Source: Lacrimispora sp. (GTDB lineage: Bacteria > Bacillota > Clostridia > Lachnospirales > Lachnospiraceae). Taken from it: a stretch of 64,000 nucleotides of DNA. A program made the translations under genes and the position numbers. The stretch's first letter is position 1; every line of letters starts with the position of its first letter. Of the stretch, positions 55,765 to 64,000 are shown piece after piece. The stretch is taken from contig NZ_JBKVXF010000003.1 of the NCBI RefSeq assembly GCF_046972725.1, positions 281,735 to 345,734 of the forward strand, given 5' to 3'. The notes beneath the pieces were generated by a model, which was given only the letters and a program-made list of their open reading frames with translations, did no database searches and had not been told where the DNA came from.

Positions 55765-58335
55765 ATGAACCTCGTTCAAAAAATATTTGGAACTCATAGT
55801 GAAAGAGAATTGAAATTGATCAATCCCATTGTGGATAAGATAGAGGCTCTTCGTCCGGCTATGGTTGCCCTTACGGATGAAGAACTTAGGAACAATACAA
55901 AGCTTTTTAAAGAGAGACTGGCTGCAGGCGAGACTCTTGATGATATATTGCCGGAAGCTTTTGCCACCATGAGAGAAGCCGGACGAAGAGTTCTTAATAT
56001 GGAACATTTCCGTGTGCAGCTGATCGGCGGAATCGTTCTTCATCAGGGACGTATTGCAGAGATGAAGACCGGTGAAGGTAAGACCCTGGTTTCTACCTGT
56101 CCGGCGTACTTGAACGCACTTGCAGGCAAAGGTGTTCAGATCGTTACGGTCAATGATTACCTGGCAAAGCGTGATGCGGAATGGATGGGACGGGTCCATG
56201 AGTTCTTGGGTCTTACCGTAGGCGTTGTTTTGAACTCCATGAATTCTGATGAAAGACGGGCTGCCTATAACTGCGACATCACCTATGTAACCAATAATGA
56301 ACTTGGTTTTGATTATTTAAGAGATAATATGGCCATCTATAAAGAACAGATGGTTTTAAGAGATCTGGATTTCTGTATTATTGATGAGGTCGACTCTGTG
56401 CTGATCGATGAAGCCAGAACACCCCTTATTATTTCCGGACAGAGCGGAAAATCCACAAAGTTATATGAAGTTTGTGATATACTTGCCCGTCAGCTGGAGC
56501 GTGGAGAGACCTCCGGTGAATTTTCCAAGATGGCAGCCATCATGGGAGAGGAAATCATAGAGACCGGCGATTTCATCGTGGATGAAAAGGACAAGGTAGT
56601 TAACCTGACCGAGCAGGGTGTGGCAAAAGTAGAACAGTTTTTCCACATTGAAAACTTATCCGATCCTCAGAATCTGGAGATCCAGCATAATATTATTCTG
56701 GCTCTTCGCGCCCATAACCTGATGTTCAGAGACAAGGATTATGTGGTAAAAGACGATGAAGTGTTGATCGTAGATGAATTTACCGGACGTATCATGCCCG
56801 GAAGACGTTACTCTGACGGTCTTCACCAGGCAATCGAAGCAAAAGAACATGTAAATGTCCGCAGAGAAAGCAAGACCCTTGCAACCATTACATTCCAGAA
56901 CTTCTTTAATAAGTATAAAAAGAAATCAGGTATGACCGGTACCGCTCTTACAGAAGAGAAGGAATTCCGTAATACCTACGGCATGGATGCCATTTCCATT
57001 CCGACTAACCGTCCGATTGCCCGTATCGACAGGGAAGACGCCGTGTATAAGACGAAGAAAGAGAAGTTTGAGGCGGTCTGCAATGAAGTTGAGAAGGCTT
57101 ATGAAAAAGGACAGCCGGTTTTAGTTGGTACGATTACCATCGAGACTTCCGAGATGCTCAGCAATATGTTAAAACGCCGGGGCATTCCTCATAAAGTCCT
57201 GAATGCAAAATATCATGAACTGGAAGCGGAAATCGTTGCGGATGCAGGTATTCACAAAGCAGTCACCATTGCTACCAACATGGCAGGCCGTGGTACGGAT
57301 ATTAAGCTTGATGACGAAGCAAAGGCAGCAGGCGGCTTAAAGATCATCGGTACAGAACGCCATGAATCCCGCCGTATTGATAATCAGCTCCGTGGCCGTG
57401 CCGGCCGTCAGGGCGATCCGGGTGAATCCAGATTTTATATTTCTCTGGAAGACGACCTGATGCGTCTCTTCGGTTCTGAACGTCTGGTGAGCATGTTTAA
57501 TGCATTAGGTGTGCCGGAAGGTGAGGAGATCGAGCATAAGATGCTGTCCAACGCCATTGAAAAGGCACAGATGAAGATAGAGACGAACAACTACGGAATC
57601 CGTGAAAACCTTTTAAAATACGATGAGGTCATGAACGACCAGCGTGAAGTTATTTATGCTGAGAGAAGAAAGGTGTTAGACGGAGACAATATGCGTGATG
57701 TCATCTTAAAGATGGTAACTGATATTGTGGAGAATGCAGTGGATCTTTGCGTCAGCGAAGATCAGGCGCCGGAAGAATGGGATCTAAATGAACTGAATAC
57801 CCTTCTTCTTCCCGTGATTCCCTTAAATCCTGTAACACTTCCGGAAGATAAAAAGATTAAGAAAAACGAACTGAAGCACATGCTGAAGGAAGAGGCCATC
57901 AAGCTTTATGAATCCAAAGAAGCAGAGTTCCCCGATGCAGAACAGATCCGTGAGATCGAGCGCGTCATTCTGTTAAAGGTAATCGATAATAAATGGATGT
58001 CCCATATCGATGATATGGACCAGCTGCGCCAGGGCATCGGTCTTCAGGCTTATGGCCAGAGAGACCCGCTGGTGGAATATAAGATGAGCGGATATCAGAT
58101 GTTTGATGAGATGACTGCGGCAATCCGTGAGGAAACCGTAAGAGTCCTGTTCCACATCAGGGTAGAGCAGAAGGTAGAAAGAGAAGCTGCTGCCAAGGTG
58201 ACGGGAACCAATAAGGATGAAAGCGGGCCGAAAGCGCCTGTCAAAAAGATCGAGGCAAAGGTTTATCCCAACGATCCCTGTCCATGCGGTTCCGGTAAAA
58301 AGTACAAGCAGTGCTGCGGACGTAAATTAGTATAG
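55765..58335 (+). CDS. secA: Preprotein translocase ATPase SecA
   Basis: [28 protein letters not shown] and [12 protein letters not shown] are present, with the C-terminal zinc motif [14 protein letters not shown]. Confidence 0.97.
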   Translation: MNLVQKIFGTHSERELKLINPIVDKIEALRPAMVALTDEELRNNTKLFKERLAAGETLDDILPEAFATMREAGRRVLNMEHFRVQLIGGIVLHQGRIAEMKTGEGKTLVSTCPAYLNALAGKGVQIVTVNDYLAKRDAEWMGRVHEFLGLTVGVVLNSMNSDERRAAYNCDITYVTNNELGFDYLRDNMAIYKEQMVLRDLDFCIIDEVDSVLIDEARTPLIISGQSGKSTKLYEVCDILARQLERGETSGEFSKMAAIMGEEIIETGDFIVDEKDKVVNLTEQGVAKVEQFFHIENLSDPQNLEIQHNIILALRAHNLMFRDKDYVVKDDEVLIVDEFTGRIMPGRRYSDGLHQAIEAKEHVNVRRESKTLATITFQNFFNKYKKKSGMTGTALTEEKEFRNTYGMDAISIPTNRPIARIDREDAVYKTKKEKFEAVCNEVEKAYEKGQPVLVGTITIETSEMLSNMLKRRGIPHKVLNAKYHELEAEIVADAGIHKAVTIATNMAGRGTDIKLDDEAKAAGGLKIIGTERHESRRIDNQLRGRAGRQGDPGESRFYISLEDDLMRLFGSERLVSMFNALGVPEGEEIEHKMLSNAIEKAQMKIETNNYGIRENLLKYDEVMNDQREVIYAERRKVLDGDNMRDVILKMVTDIVENAVDLCVSEDQAPEEWDLNELNTLLLPVIPLNPVTLPEDKKIKKNELKHMLKEEAIKLYESKEAEFPDAEQIREIERVILLKVIDNKWMSHIDDMDQLRQGIGLQAYGQRDPLVEYKMSGYQMFDEMTAAIREETVRVLFHIRVEQKVEREAAAKVTGTNKDESGPKAPVKKIEAKVYPNDPCPCGSGKKYKQCCGRKLV

Positions 58336-58344
58336 TATTTTTAT

Positions 58345-58388
58345 AAAATTGGAGTTCGCATCTGCATAAGGGCGGACCCCAATTTTGT
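58345..58388 (+). terminator. Probable terminator after secA
   Basis: AAAATTGGAGTTCGC..GCGGACCCCAATTTT, an imperfect 15-bp stem. Confidence 0.5.
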
Positions 58389-58424
58389 ATTTATAAATAA
58401 TATAATCAGAAAGTGGGTGACACA

Positions 58425-59559
58425 GTGGTAGAGTTAGATCAGTACAAATATGAATTATCAACGTTTCAAAAACCATTAGTGGAAGTGAGGGATTCACTTT
58501 GACTTAGATAATAAGTTAAAGAGAATCGATGAGCTGGATAAGTCCATGGAGGAACCGGGCTTCTGGGAAGATCCGGAGAAATCCACGAAGATCGTTCAGC
58601 TTGCCAAGAATTTAAAGGATACGGTCCAGGGATATAAAGATCTGGAGCAGCAATACGAAGATATCGGTGTGATGATTGAGATGGGGAACGAGGAGAATGA
58701 TCCTTCTCTGATTCCGGAAGTGGAAGAGATGCTGGCAGAGTTTAAGGAAAAGCTGGAAGCGATGCGCATAAGCACTCTTTTATCCGGAGAATACGACAGT
58801 CACAATGCGATTCTGAAGTTAAATGCAGGTGCAGGTGGAACCGAATCCTGTGACTGGTGCAGCATGCTGTACCGTATGTTCTGCCGTTGGGCAGAGAAAA
58901 AGGGCTTTCAGACGGAAGTGCTGGATTACCTTGACGGAGATGAGGCCGGTATCAAATCTGTTACCATTCAGGTAAACGGAATCAATGCCTACGGCTATTT
59001 AAAATCCGAAAAGGGGGTTCACCGTCTGGTGCGCATCTCTCCGTTTAATGCGGCAGGCAAACGGCAGACTTCGTTTGTTTCCTGCGATGTTATGCCGGAT
59101 ATTGAAGAAGACCTTGATGTGGAGGTCAACGAAGAGGATTTAAGAATTGATACCTACCGTTCCAGCGGAGCCGGCGGACAGCATATCAACAAAACCTCTT
59201 CTGCCATCCGCATTACCCATCTTCCCACCGGAATCGTGGTTCAGTGCCAGAATGAACGTTCCCAGTTCCAGAACAAGGACAAGGCCATGCAGATGTTAAA
59301 AGCAAAGCTTTATCTGTTGAAGCAACAGGAGAATGCAGAAAAGCTTTCCGGCATCCGGGGCGATGTGACTGAAATCGGCTGGGGAAACCAGATCCGTTCC
59401 TATGTTCTGCAGCCTTATACGATGGTGAAAGACCACAGAACCAATGCGGAAACCGGCAATGTCAACAGCGTTTTAGACGGCGCTCTGGATCCGTTTATGT
59501 ATGCCTATCTGCGCTGGCTGAGCACTGGAGCCAAGGCAAGTGAGGACCAGTCTGAGTAG
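58425..59559 (+). CDS. prfB: Peptide chain release factor 2, requires programmed +1 frameshift at 58497-58503
   Basis: Frame 0 runs from GTG 58425 as VVELDQYKYELSTFQKPLVEVRDSL, then hits TGA at 58500-58502. The +1 frame continues DLDNKLKRIDELDKSMEEPGFWED into the 58546 ORF. The SPF (RISPFNA) and GGQ (SGAGGQHINK) motifs are present. Confidence 0.9.
58487..58503 (+). promoter_or_regulatory. RF2 autoregulatory +1 frameshift site
   Basis: An SD-like GAGGGA, 5 nt, then CTT TGA C, the canonical slippery/stop context. Confidence 0.85.
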
Positions 59560-59696
59560 AAAATTTTCCCTCAGAGGAAAGAAATTGAAAAAAATAAATA
59601 GAAAAATAGTTGCATACCAATCGTAAATATGTTAATATCTTCCCTATGAGCACAGATGTTTCTCTGTTGCGGACACAGAAGGGAAGATATTTTTTT

Positions 59697-60140
59697 ATGG
59701 AAGAAAAAAGTAAATATTTTGTGGTAAAGCAGAAAGCTGTACCTGAAGTATTGCTAAAGGTTGTTGAGGCAAAAAAACTGTTGGAATCGGAGCGTGTCAT
59801 CACCGTCCAGGAGGCGACTGACAGAGTCGGGATCAGCCGCAGTTCCTTTTATAAGTATAAGGATGATATCTTTCCGTTTTATGATAATACGAAAGGGAAA
59901 ACCATTACGCTTGTGATGCAGATGGATGACGAACCGGGTTTGCTGTCCGATCTTCTTCATATTGTAGCGGTATACCGTGCCAATATCCTTACCATCCATC
60001 AGAGTATTCCTGTCAATGGCGTGGCCACTTTGACATTGAGTGTGGAAGTTCTTGAGACCACCGGGAACGTTTCCGGAATGGTTGAGGATTTGGAAGTAAA
60101 AAATGGGGTCCATTACGTAAAAATATTAGCCAGGGAGTAG
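59697..60140 (+). CDS. ACT domain-containing protein (UPF0735/PheB-like)
   Basis: Starts MEEKSKYFVVKQKAVPEVLLKVVEAKKLL. Has an HTH-like segment VQEATDRVGISRSSFYKYKD and the ACT fold TITLVMQMDDEPGLLSDLLHIVAVYRANILTIHQ. I trimmed the start from the 59610 ORF. Confidence 0.75.
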   Translation: MEEKSKYFVVKQKAVPEVLLKVVEAKKLLESERVITVQEATDRVGISRSSFYKYKDDIFPFYDNTKGKTITLVMQMDDEPGLLSDLLHIVAVYRANILTIHQSIPVNGVATLTLSVEVLETTGNVSGMVEDLEVKNGVHYVKILARE

Positions 60141-60146
60141 AAAAAG

Positions 60147-61361
60147 ATGAAGAATGTTGCAGTTATGGGTTATGGTACCATCGGTTCTGGTGTAGTAGAA
60201 ATATTGGAAAGAAATAAAGAAACCATTGCAAAAAAGGTAGGTGATACGGTTTCTGTAAAGTATGTTCTGGATTTAAGGGAATTTCCCGGTACGTCGGTGG
60301 AGGACAAAATCGTTCATGATTTTTCCATCATCGAAAAGGATCCGGAAGTAACCATGGTGATAGAGACGATGGGAGGACTGAAACCGGCTTATGCATTTGT
60401 AAAAGCAAGTCTAGAAGCCGGAAAGCATGTGGCTACCTCCAATAAAGCGCTGGTTGCCGCATACGGCACCGAACTTTTGCAAATTGCCAGAGAGCATAAT
60501 GTGAATTTCCTGTTTGAAGCGAGTGTAGGCGGCGGGATTCCGGTCATACGTCCTCTTTATACCTGTCTGGCAGGAGAGGAGATTGAGGAAATCACCGGCA
60601 TCTTAAACGGTACGACCAACTACATATTGACAAAAATGGACAAAGCAGGCGAAACCTTTGAAGCAGCTTTAAGAGAGGCCCAGGATTTAGGATACGCCGA
60701 ACGTAATCCGGAAGCAGATGTGGAAGGACATGACACCTGCAGAAAAATTGCCATCCTGACAGCCATGGCAACGGGACACGAAGTGAATTACGAGCATATT
60801 TATACAGAAGGGATAACAAAAATAACGGATGTGGATTTTGCTTATGCCGAAAGTCTTGGGACCTCCATTAAGCTCTTAGGTTCCAGCCGTATGGAAAAGG
60901 GAGTTGCTCACGCATTTGTTGCTCCGGTCATGATCGGCAAAGACCATCCCCTGTATTCTGTAAGTGATGTCTATAACGGCATTTTAGTAAAAGGAAATAT
61001 GCTGGGAACTTCCATGTTCTATGGCAGCGGAGCCGGAAAGCTTCCTACCGCCAGTGCAGTCATCGCAGATATCATTGAAGCCCTTGTGAATGAAGACCGG
61101 AATGTGGAACTTGGCTGGGATGATCAGAGCCTTTCCATCTCATCCATGGATACCATGTCCTTCCGCTACTTTGTAAGAATTAAAGGAATTGCAGCAAAGC
61201 GTTTAAAAGAAGTGGAAGAAGTGTTCGGTAAGGTAGAAGGCATTGAACTGGACCACATGGATGAATTTGCATTCTTAACAGAAGTGATGACAGAAAAAGA
61301 ATACAGCAGGAAAGCGAAAGAACTGTCAGGAATCAGACAGCGCATCCGCGCAGAATTTTAA
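60147..61361 (+). CDS. hom: Homoserine dehydrogenase
   Basis: VAVMGYGTIGSGV, ATSNKAL, FEASVGGGIP and ILNGTTNYILT are present, with a C-terminal ACT-like domain. Confidence 0.92.
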   Translation: MKNVAVMGYGTIGSGVVEILERNKETIAKKVGDTVSVKYVLDLREFPGTSVEDKIVHDFSIIEKDPEVTMVIETMGGLKPAYAFVKASLEAGKHVATSNKALVAAYGTELLQIAREHNVNFLFEASVGGGIPVIRPLYTCLAGEEIEEITGILNGTTNYILTKMDKAGETFEAALREAQDLGYAERNPEADVEGHDTCRKIAILTAMATGHEVNYEHIYTEGITKITDVDFAYAESLGTSIKLLGSSRMEKGVAHAFVAPVMIGKDHPLYSVSDVYNGILVKGNMLGTSMFYGSGAGKLPTASAVIADIIEALVNEDRNVELGWDDQSLSISSMDTMSFRYFVRIKGIAAKRLKEVEEVFGKVEGIELDHMDEFAFLTEVMTEKEYSRKAKELSGIRQRIRAEF

Positions 61362-61380
61362 TTTTCGCCAGGAGGCAGCT

Positions 61381-62589
61381 ATGTTAGTAGTAAAAAAATT
61401 TGGCGGCAGCTCCGTCGCAGATAAAGACAGAATTTTCAATGTAGCAAGGCGCTGTATCGAAGAGTATGAAAAAGGCAATCAGGTGGTAGTTGTGCTATCT
61501 GCCATGGGAAAGACCACAGACGGCCTTATTGCCAAAGCCTATGAGATGAATCCCAACCCTCCAAAGAGAGAACTGGATATGCTACTGGCAACCGGAGAGC
61601 AGGTCAGCGTCGCCCTGATGTCCATGGCTTTTCATACTCTTGGAGTTCCTGCTGTTTCATTGAATGCTTCACAGGTAGCCATGCACACCACTTCTGCTTA
61701 CGGCACAGCCAAATTAAAACGGATTGATACAGAACGGATCCGGCATGAACTGGATGCCAGAAAGATCGTTGTTATCACCGGTTTTCAGGGAATTAATAAA
61801 TTTGACGATATAACGACCCTTGGACGGGGCGGCTCAGATACGACTGCAGTTGCTCTTGCCGCTGCCCTTCATGCAGATGCATGTGAGATCTATACCGATG
61901 TGGATGGAGTATACACTGCCGACCCGCGGGTAGTGCCAAACGCCAGAAAAATTCCTGAGGTTTCTTATGATGAGATGCTTGAATTTGCTTCCCTGGGGGC
62001 AAAGGTTCTGCATAACCGGTCCGTGGAAATGGCGAAGCGTTACGGAGTACAGTTAGTTGTCCGGTCGAGCCTGACAAGGGAAGAAGGTACGGTTGTCAAG
62101 GAGGAAGCGAAAATGGAGAGAATGCTGGTCAGCGGTGTTGCCGCAGATAAGAATGTAGCCCGTGTATCCGTTATCGGGGTCAGAAATATGCCGGGAATTG
62201 CTTTTAAGATTTTTAACCTTTTGGCAAAGCATGACATTAATGTTGACATTATCATACAGTCCATCGGAAGGGAAGAGGGAAAAGACATTTCCTTTACGGT
62301 GGCAAAAACGGATTTAAAGGAAACTCTGGATCTGTTAAGAGAAAATAAAGAGACCCTTACGGCCCAGGATGTGACCAGCGAAGAAGGGGTAGCCAAGATC
62401 TCCATCATCGGAGCCGGAATGTCAAGCAATCCAGGCGTGGCAGCCAAGATGTTTGAAGCTCTTTCAAGCGCCAATGTAAATATCAAGATGATTGCAACTT
62501 CTGAGATACGGATAACAGTTTTGATTGATGAAGCAGATGTGGAACGTTCCATGAGAACGGTGCATGATGCCTTTGATCTGGCAGACTAG
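61381..62589 (+). CDS. Aspartate kinase
   Basis: VVKKFGGSSV, TLGRGGSDTTAVALA, DVDGVYTADPR and two C-terminal ACT domains are present. Confidence 0.92.
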   Translation: MLVVKKFGGSSVADKDRIFNVARRCIEEYEKGNQVVVVLSAMGKTTDGLIAKAYEMNPNPPKRELDMLLATGEQVSVALMSMAFHTLGVPAVSLNASQVAMHTTSAYGTAKLKRIDTERIRHELDARKIVVITGFQGINKFDDITTLGRGGSDTTAVALAAALHADACEIYTDVDGVYTADPRVVPNARKIPEVSYDEMLEFASLGAKVLHNRSVEMAKRYGVQLVVRSSLTREEGTVVKEEAKMERMLVSGVAADKNVARVSVIGVRNMPGIAFKIFNLLAKHDINVDIIIQSIGREEGKDISFTVAKTDLKETLDLLRENKETLTAQDVTSEEGVAKISIIGAGMSSNPGVAAKMFEALSSANVNIKMIATSEIRITVLIDEADVERSMRTVHDAFDLAD

Positions 62590-62602
62590 ACAGGTGATTT
62601 GA

Positions 62603-62950
62603 ATGAATTGGTTAAAGAAATTATTAGGATTAGGACTTCCCTGTATGTTCAATACCCTTACCGGACTATACTGTCCTGGGTGCGGAGGAACACGGGCAGT
62701 CCGCTCCTTGTTGCGGGAGGACCTGCGGATGAGTTTTCAGTATCATCCGCTGGTCCTTTATACTGTTTTTGTGATTATTCTGGAAATAATCCTGCGATTC
62801 CTATCCAGGTGTTTCAAGCGTCCCATGGATCACAACAAAAGAGTCCGTTTTTTTATTCTGACAGGGGCGGCTGTTGTAGTAGTCAACTGGATATTTAAGA
62901 ATTATATGCTGGTGATCAAAGGTGTGGATCTGCTTCCTGTTATGAAGTAG
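62603..62950 (+). CDS. DUF2752-like small membrane protein
   Basis: The GLYCPGCGGTRAVRSLL motif near the N-terminus, followed by TM helices. Confidence 0.65.
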   Translation: MNWLKKLLGLGLPCMFNTLTGLYCPGCGGTRAVRSLLREDLRMSFQYHPLVLYTVFVIILEIILRFLSRCFKRPMDHNKRVRFFILTGAAVVVVNWIFKNYMLVIKGVDLLPVMK

Positions 62951-62953
62951 ATG

Positions 62954-63349
62954 TTAATCTCCTGATCCGCGGGTGGGCATAAGTGCCTGAGTGGTCGTTT
63001 CAATGGCATCTCTGAAATACTGTCCCAACGGAGTATTGGTATCCATGGTATCGTAGACAAAGATAATGAAAATTGTCATGAGCAGGCCGCAGACAAGAGA
63101 GATAACAGACAGAATAAGACCAAGCTGAGCCTGCTGTGTCAATGGCTTTCCGTGTTTGGAAAGTACTGCACATGCGATACCGCCCAGACCGAAAAACAGT
63201 CCTGCGGGAAGATTCCATATGGTAAATAAGGGAAGGCAGTCTGTCACCAGACCAAGACCGCCGAGGAACACGGACCAATAGGCCAGAAAGGAACCTGCCG
63301 GAGGAAGCTGAGGCAGCATTCCGTTATTGCTTTTGTTATAATCTTCCAT
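62954..63349 (-). CDS. Small membrane protein (three or four TM segments), function unknown
   Basis: Starts MEDYNKSNNGMLPQLPPAG, then hydrophobic helices. I prefer ATG 63349 to 63394. Confidence 0.55.
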   Translation of the reverse strand: MEDYNKSNNGMLPQLPPAGSFLAYWSVFLGGLGLVTDCLPLFTIWNLPAGLFFGLGGIACAVLSKHGKPLTQQAQLGLILSVISLVCGLLMTIFIIFVYDTMDTNTPLGQYFRDAIETTTQALMPTRGSGD

Positions 63350-63447
63350 TTGAATTATACCTCGTTTGCGTATTTTAAAAAGCAAAGAGCGCATTCTCTC
63401 GCATTTTATGATTGTAGCACGAAACGGGCAGTCTGTCCAGACAGGTC

Positions 63448-63476
63448 TTGCAAACCAAAGTCTGATGAATTATAAT
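63448..63476 (+). promoter_or_regulatory. Candidate promoter of tex
   Basis: TTGCAA, a 17-nt spacer, and TATAAT. It lies 40 nt upstream of ATG 63516. Confidence 0.45.
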
Positions 63477-63515
63477 AATTAAATTGAACGAACTATAAGA
63501 AGTAAGGGGAACAGC

Positions 63516-64000
63516 ATGGATATAATTAATGCATTACAAGAAGAACTTTCCATTGGACGGAGCCAGGTTGAAGCAGCCGTAAAGCTGATTGATGAAGGAA
63601 ATACCATTCCCTTTATTGCCAGATACCGGAAGGAAGTTACCGGTTCCTTAAACGATGAGGTGCTCCGGAATCTGGACGAGCGGCTTCGCTATCTTAGGAA
63701 TCTGGAAGAACGAAAAGAACAGGTCATCTCTTCCATAAAAGAGCAGGAGAAGCTGACCAAAGAACTGGAACAGAAGATTCTGGAAGCGAAAACTCTGGTC
63801 GCAGTCGAGGATCTGTACCGTCCTTACAAACCAAAAAGAAGGACAAGAGCCACCATTGCAAAGGAAAAAGGATTGGAGCCTCTTGCTGATTTGATCCTTC
63901 TTCAGATAATTAAGACCCCCCTTTTAGAAGAAGCGGCCCGGTATATATCCGAAGAAAAAGGAGTTTCTTCTGCAGAAGAAGCCATAGCCGGAGCCAGGGA
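63516..64000 (+). CDS. tex: Tex-like transcription accessory protein (S1 RNA-binding domain protein), N-terminal part; runs off the window
   Basis: MDIINALQEELSIGRSQVEAAVKLIDEGNTIPFIARYRKEVTGSLNDEVLR is the hallmark Tex N-terminus, and DLYRPYKPKRRTRA is also present. Confidence 0.9.
   Translation, partial: MDIINALQEELSIGRSQVEAAVKLIDEGNTIPFIARYRKEVTGSLNDEVLRNLDERLRYLRNLEERKEQVISSIKEQEKLTKELEQKILEAKTLVAVEDLYRPYKPKRRTRATIAKEKGLEPLADLILLQIIKTPLLEEAARYISEEKGVSSAEEAIAGAR

Noticed and set aside
62599-62898. 99-aa ORF overlapping the DUF2752-like gene
   Set aside because: The alternative frame (62603-62950) carries the CPGCGGTR motif and TM helices. This frame has neither.

Overview
This window looks like a Clostridia (Lachnospiraceae-like) chromosomal segment in three parts.

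(1) Bases 1 to about 17,500 are visibly AT-rich: spot counts on single lines give about one-third G+C, against about one-half further right. This part encodes an ABC-transporter-dependent glycan pathway. It contains Wzm, a Wzt with a C-terminal cap-binding-type domain, an overlapping terminating-type methyltransferase, three GT-B transferases and a GT2/GtrA pair. A decayed duplicate of that pair follows, then an IS110-family element, a large polytopic membrane protein, and a complete GDP-D-rhamnose supply set (manC, gmd, rmd, pmm).

(2) Bases 17,500-27,400 are a junction and insert region. It holds a 5'-truncated, frameshifted JetD/DUF2399-like remnant exactly at the composition shift. It also holds two divergent ribbon-helix-helix genes missed by the ORF track, around a consensus promoter with GTGAACCA repeats. 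The rest is a roughly 2,050-aa secreted GH59-like multimodular protein with cell-wall-binding repeats, a zinc-ribbon protein and a second cell-wall-binding repeat protein.

(3) Bases 27,400-40,300 are a nine-gene operon. It contains a ThDP enzyme, an SDR, an NDP-hexose C-methyltransferase-type enzyme, a secondary-ADH-like enzyme, three GT2 genes, a priming phosphoglycosyltransferase and an LCP ligase, but no exporter.

The remainder is core housekeeping: htrA, clpX, lspA, an AraC regulator with a heterodimeric ABC exporter, the SCIFF peptide with its radical SAM maturase, tgt, yajC, trxB, hpf, secA, prfB with its +1 frameshift, ACT-hom-ask, and tex.

The leads most worth following:
- the ThDP / C-methyltransferase / secondary-ADH sugar-tailoring cassette
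- the complementary split of the glycan machinery across the two clusters
- the GH59 giant
- a dense DnaA-box cluster between hpf and secA
- an orphan consensus promoter antisense to an SDR gene

No tRNA, rRNA or CRISPR array was seen.
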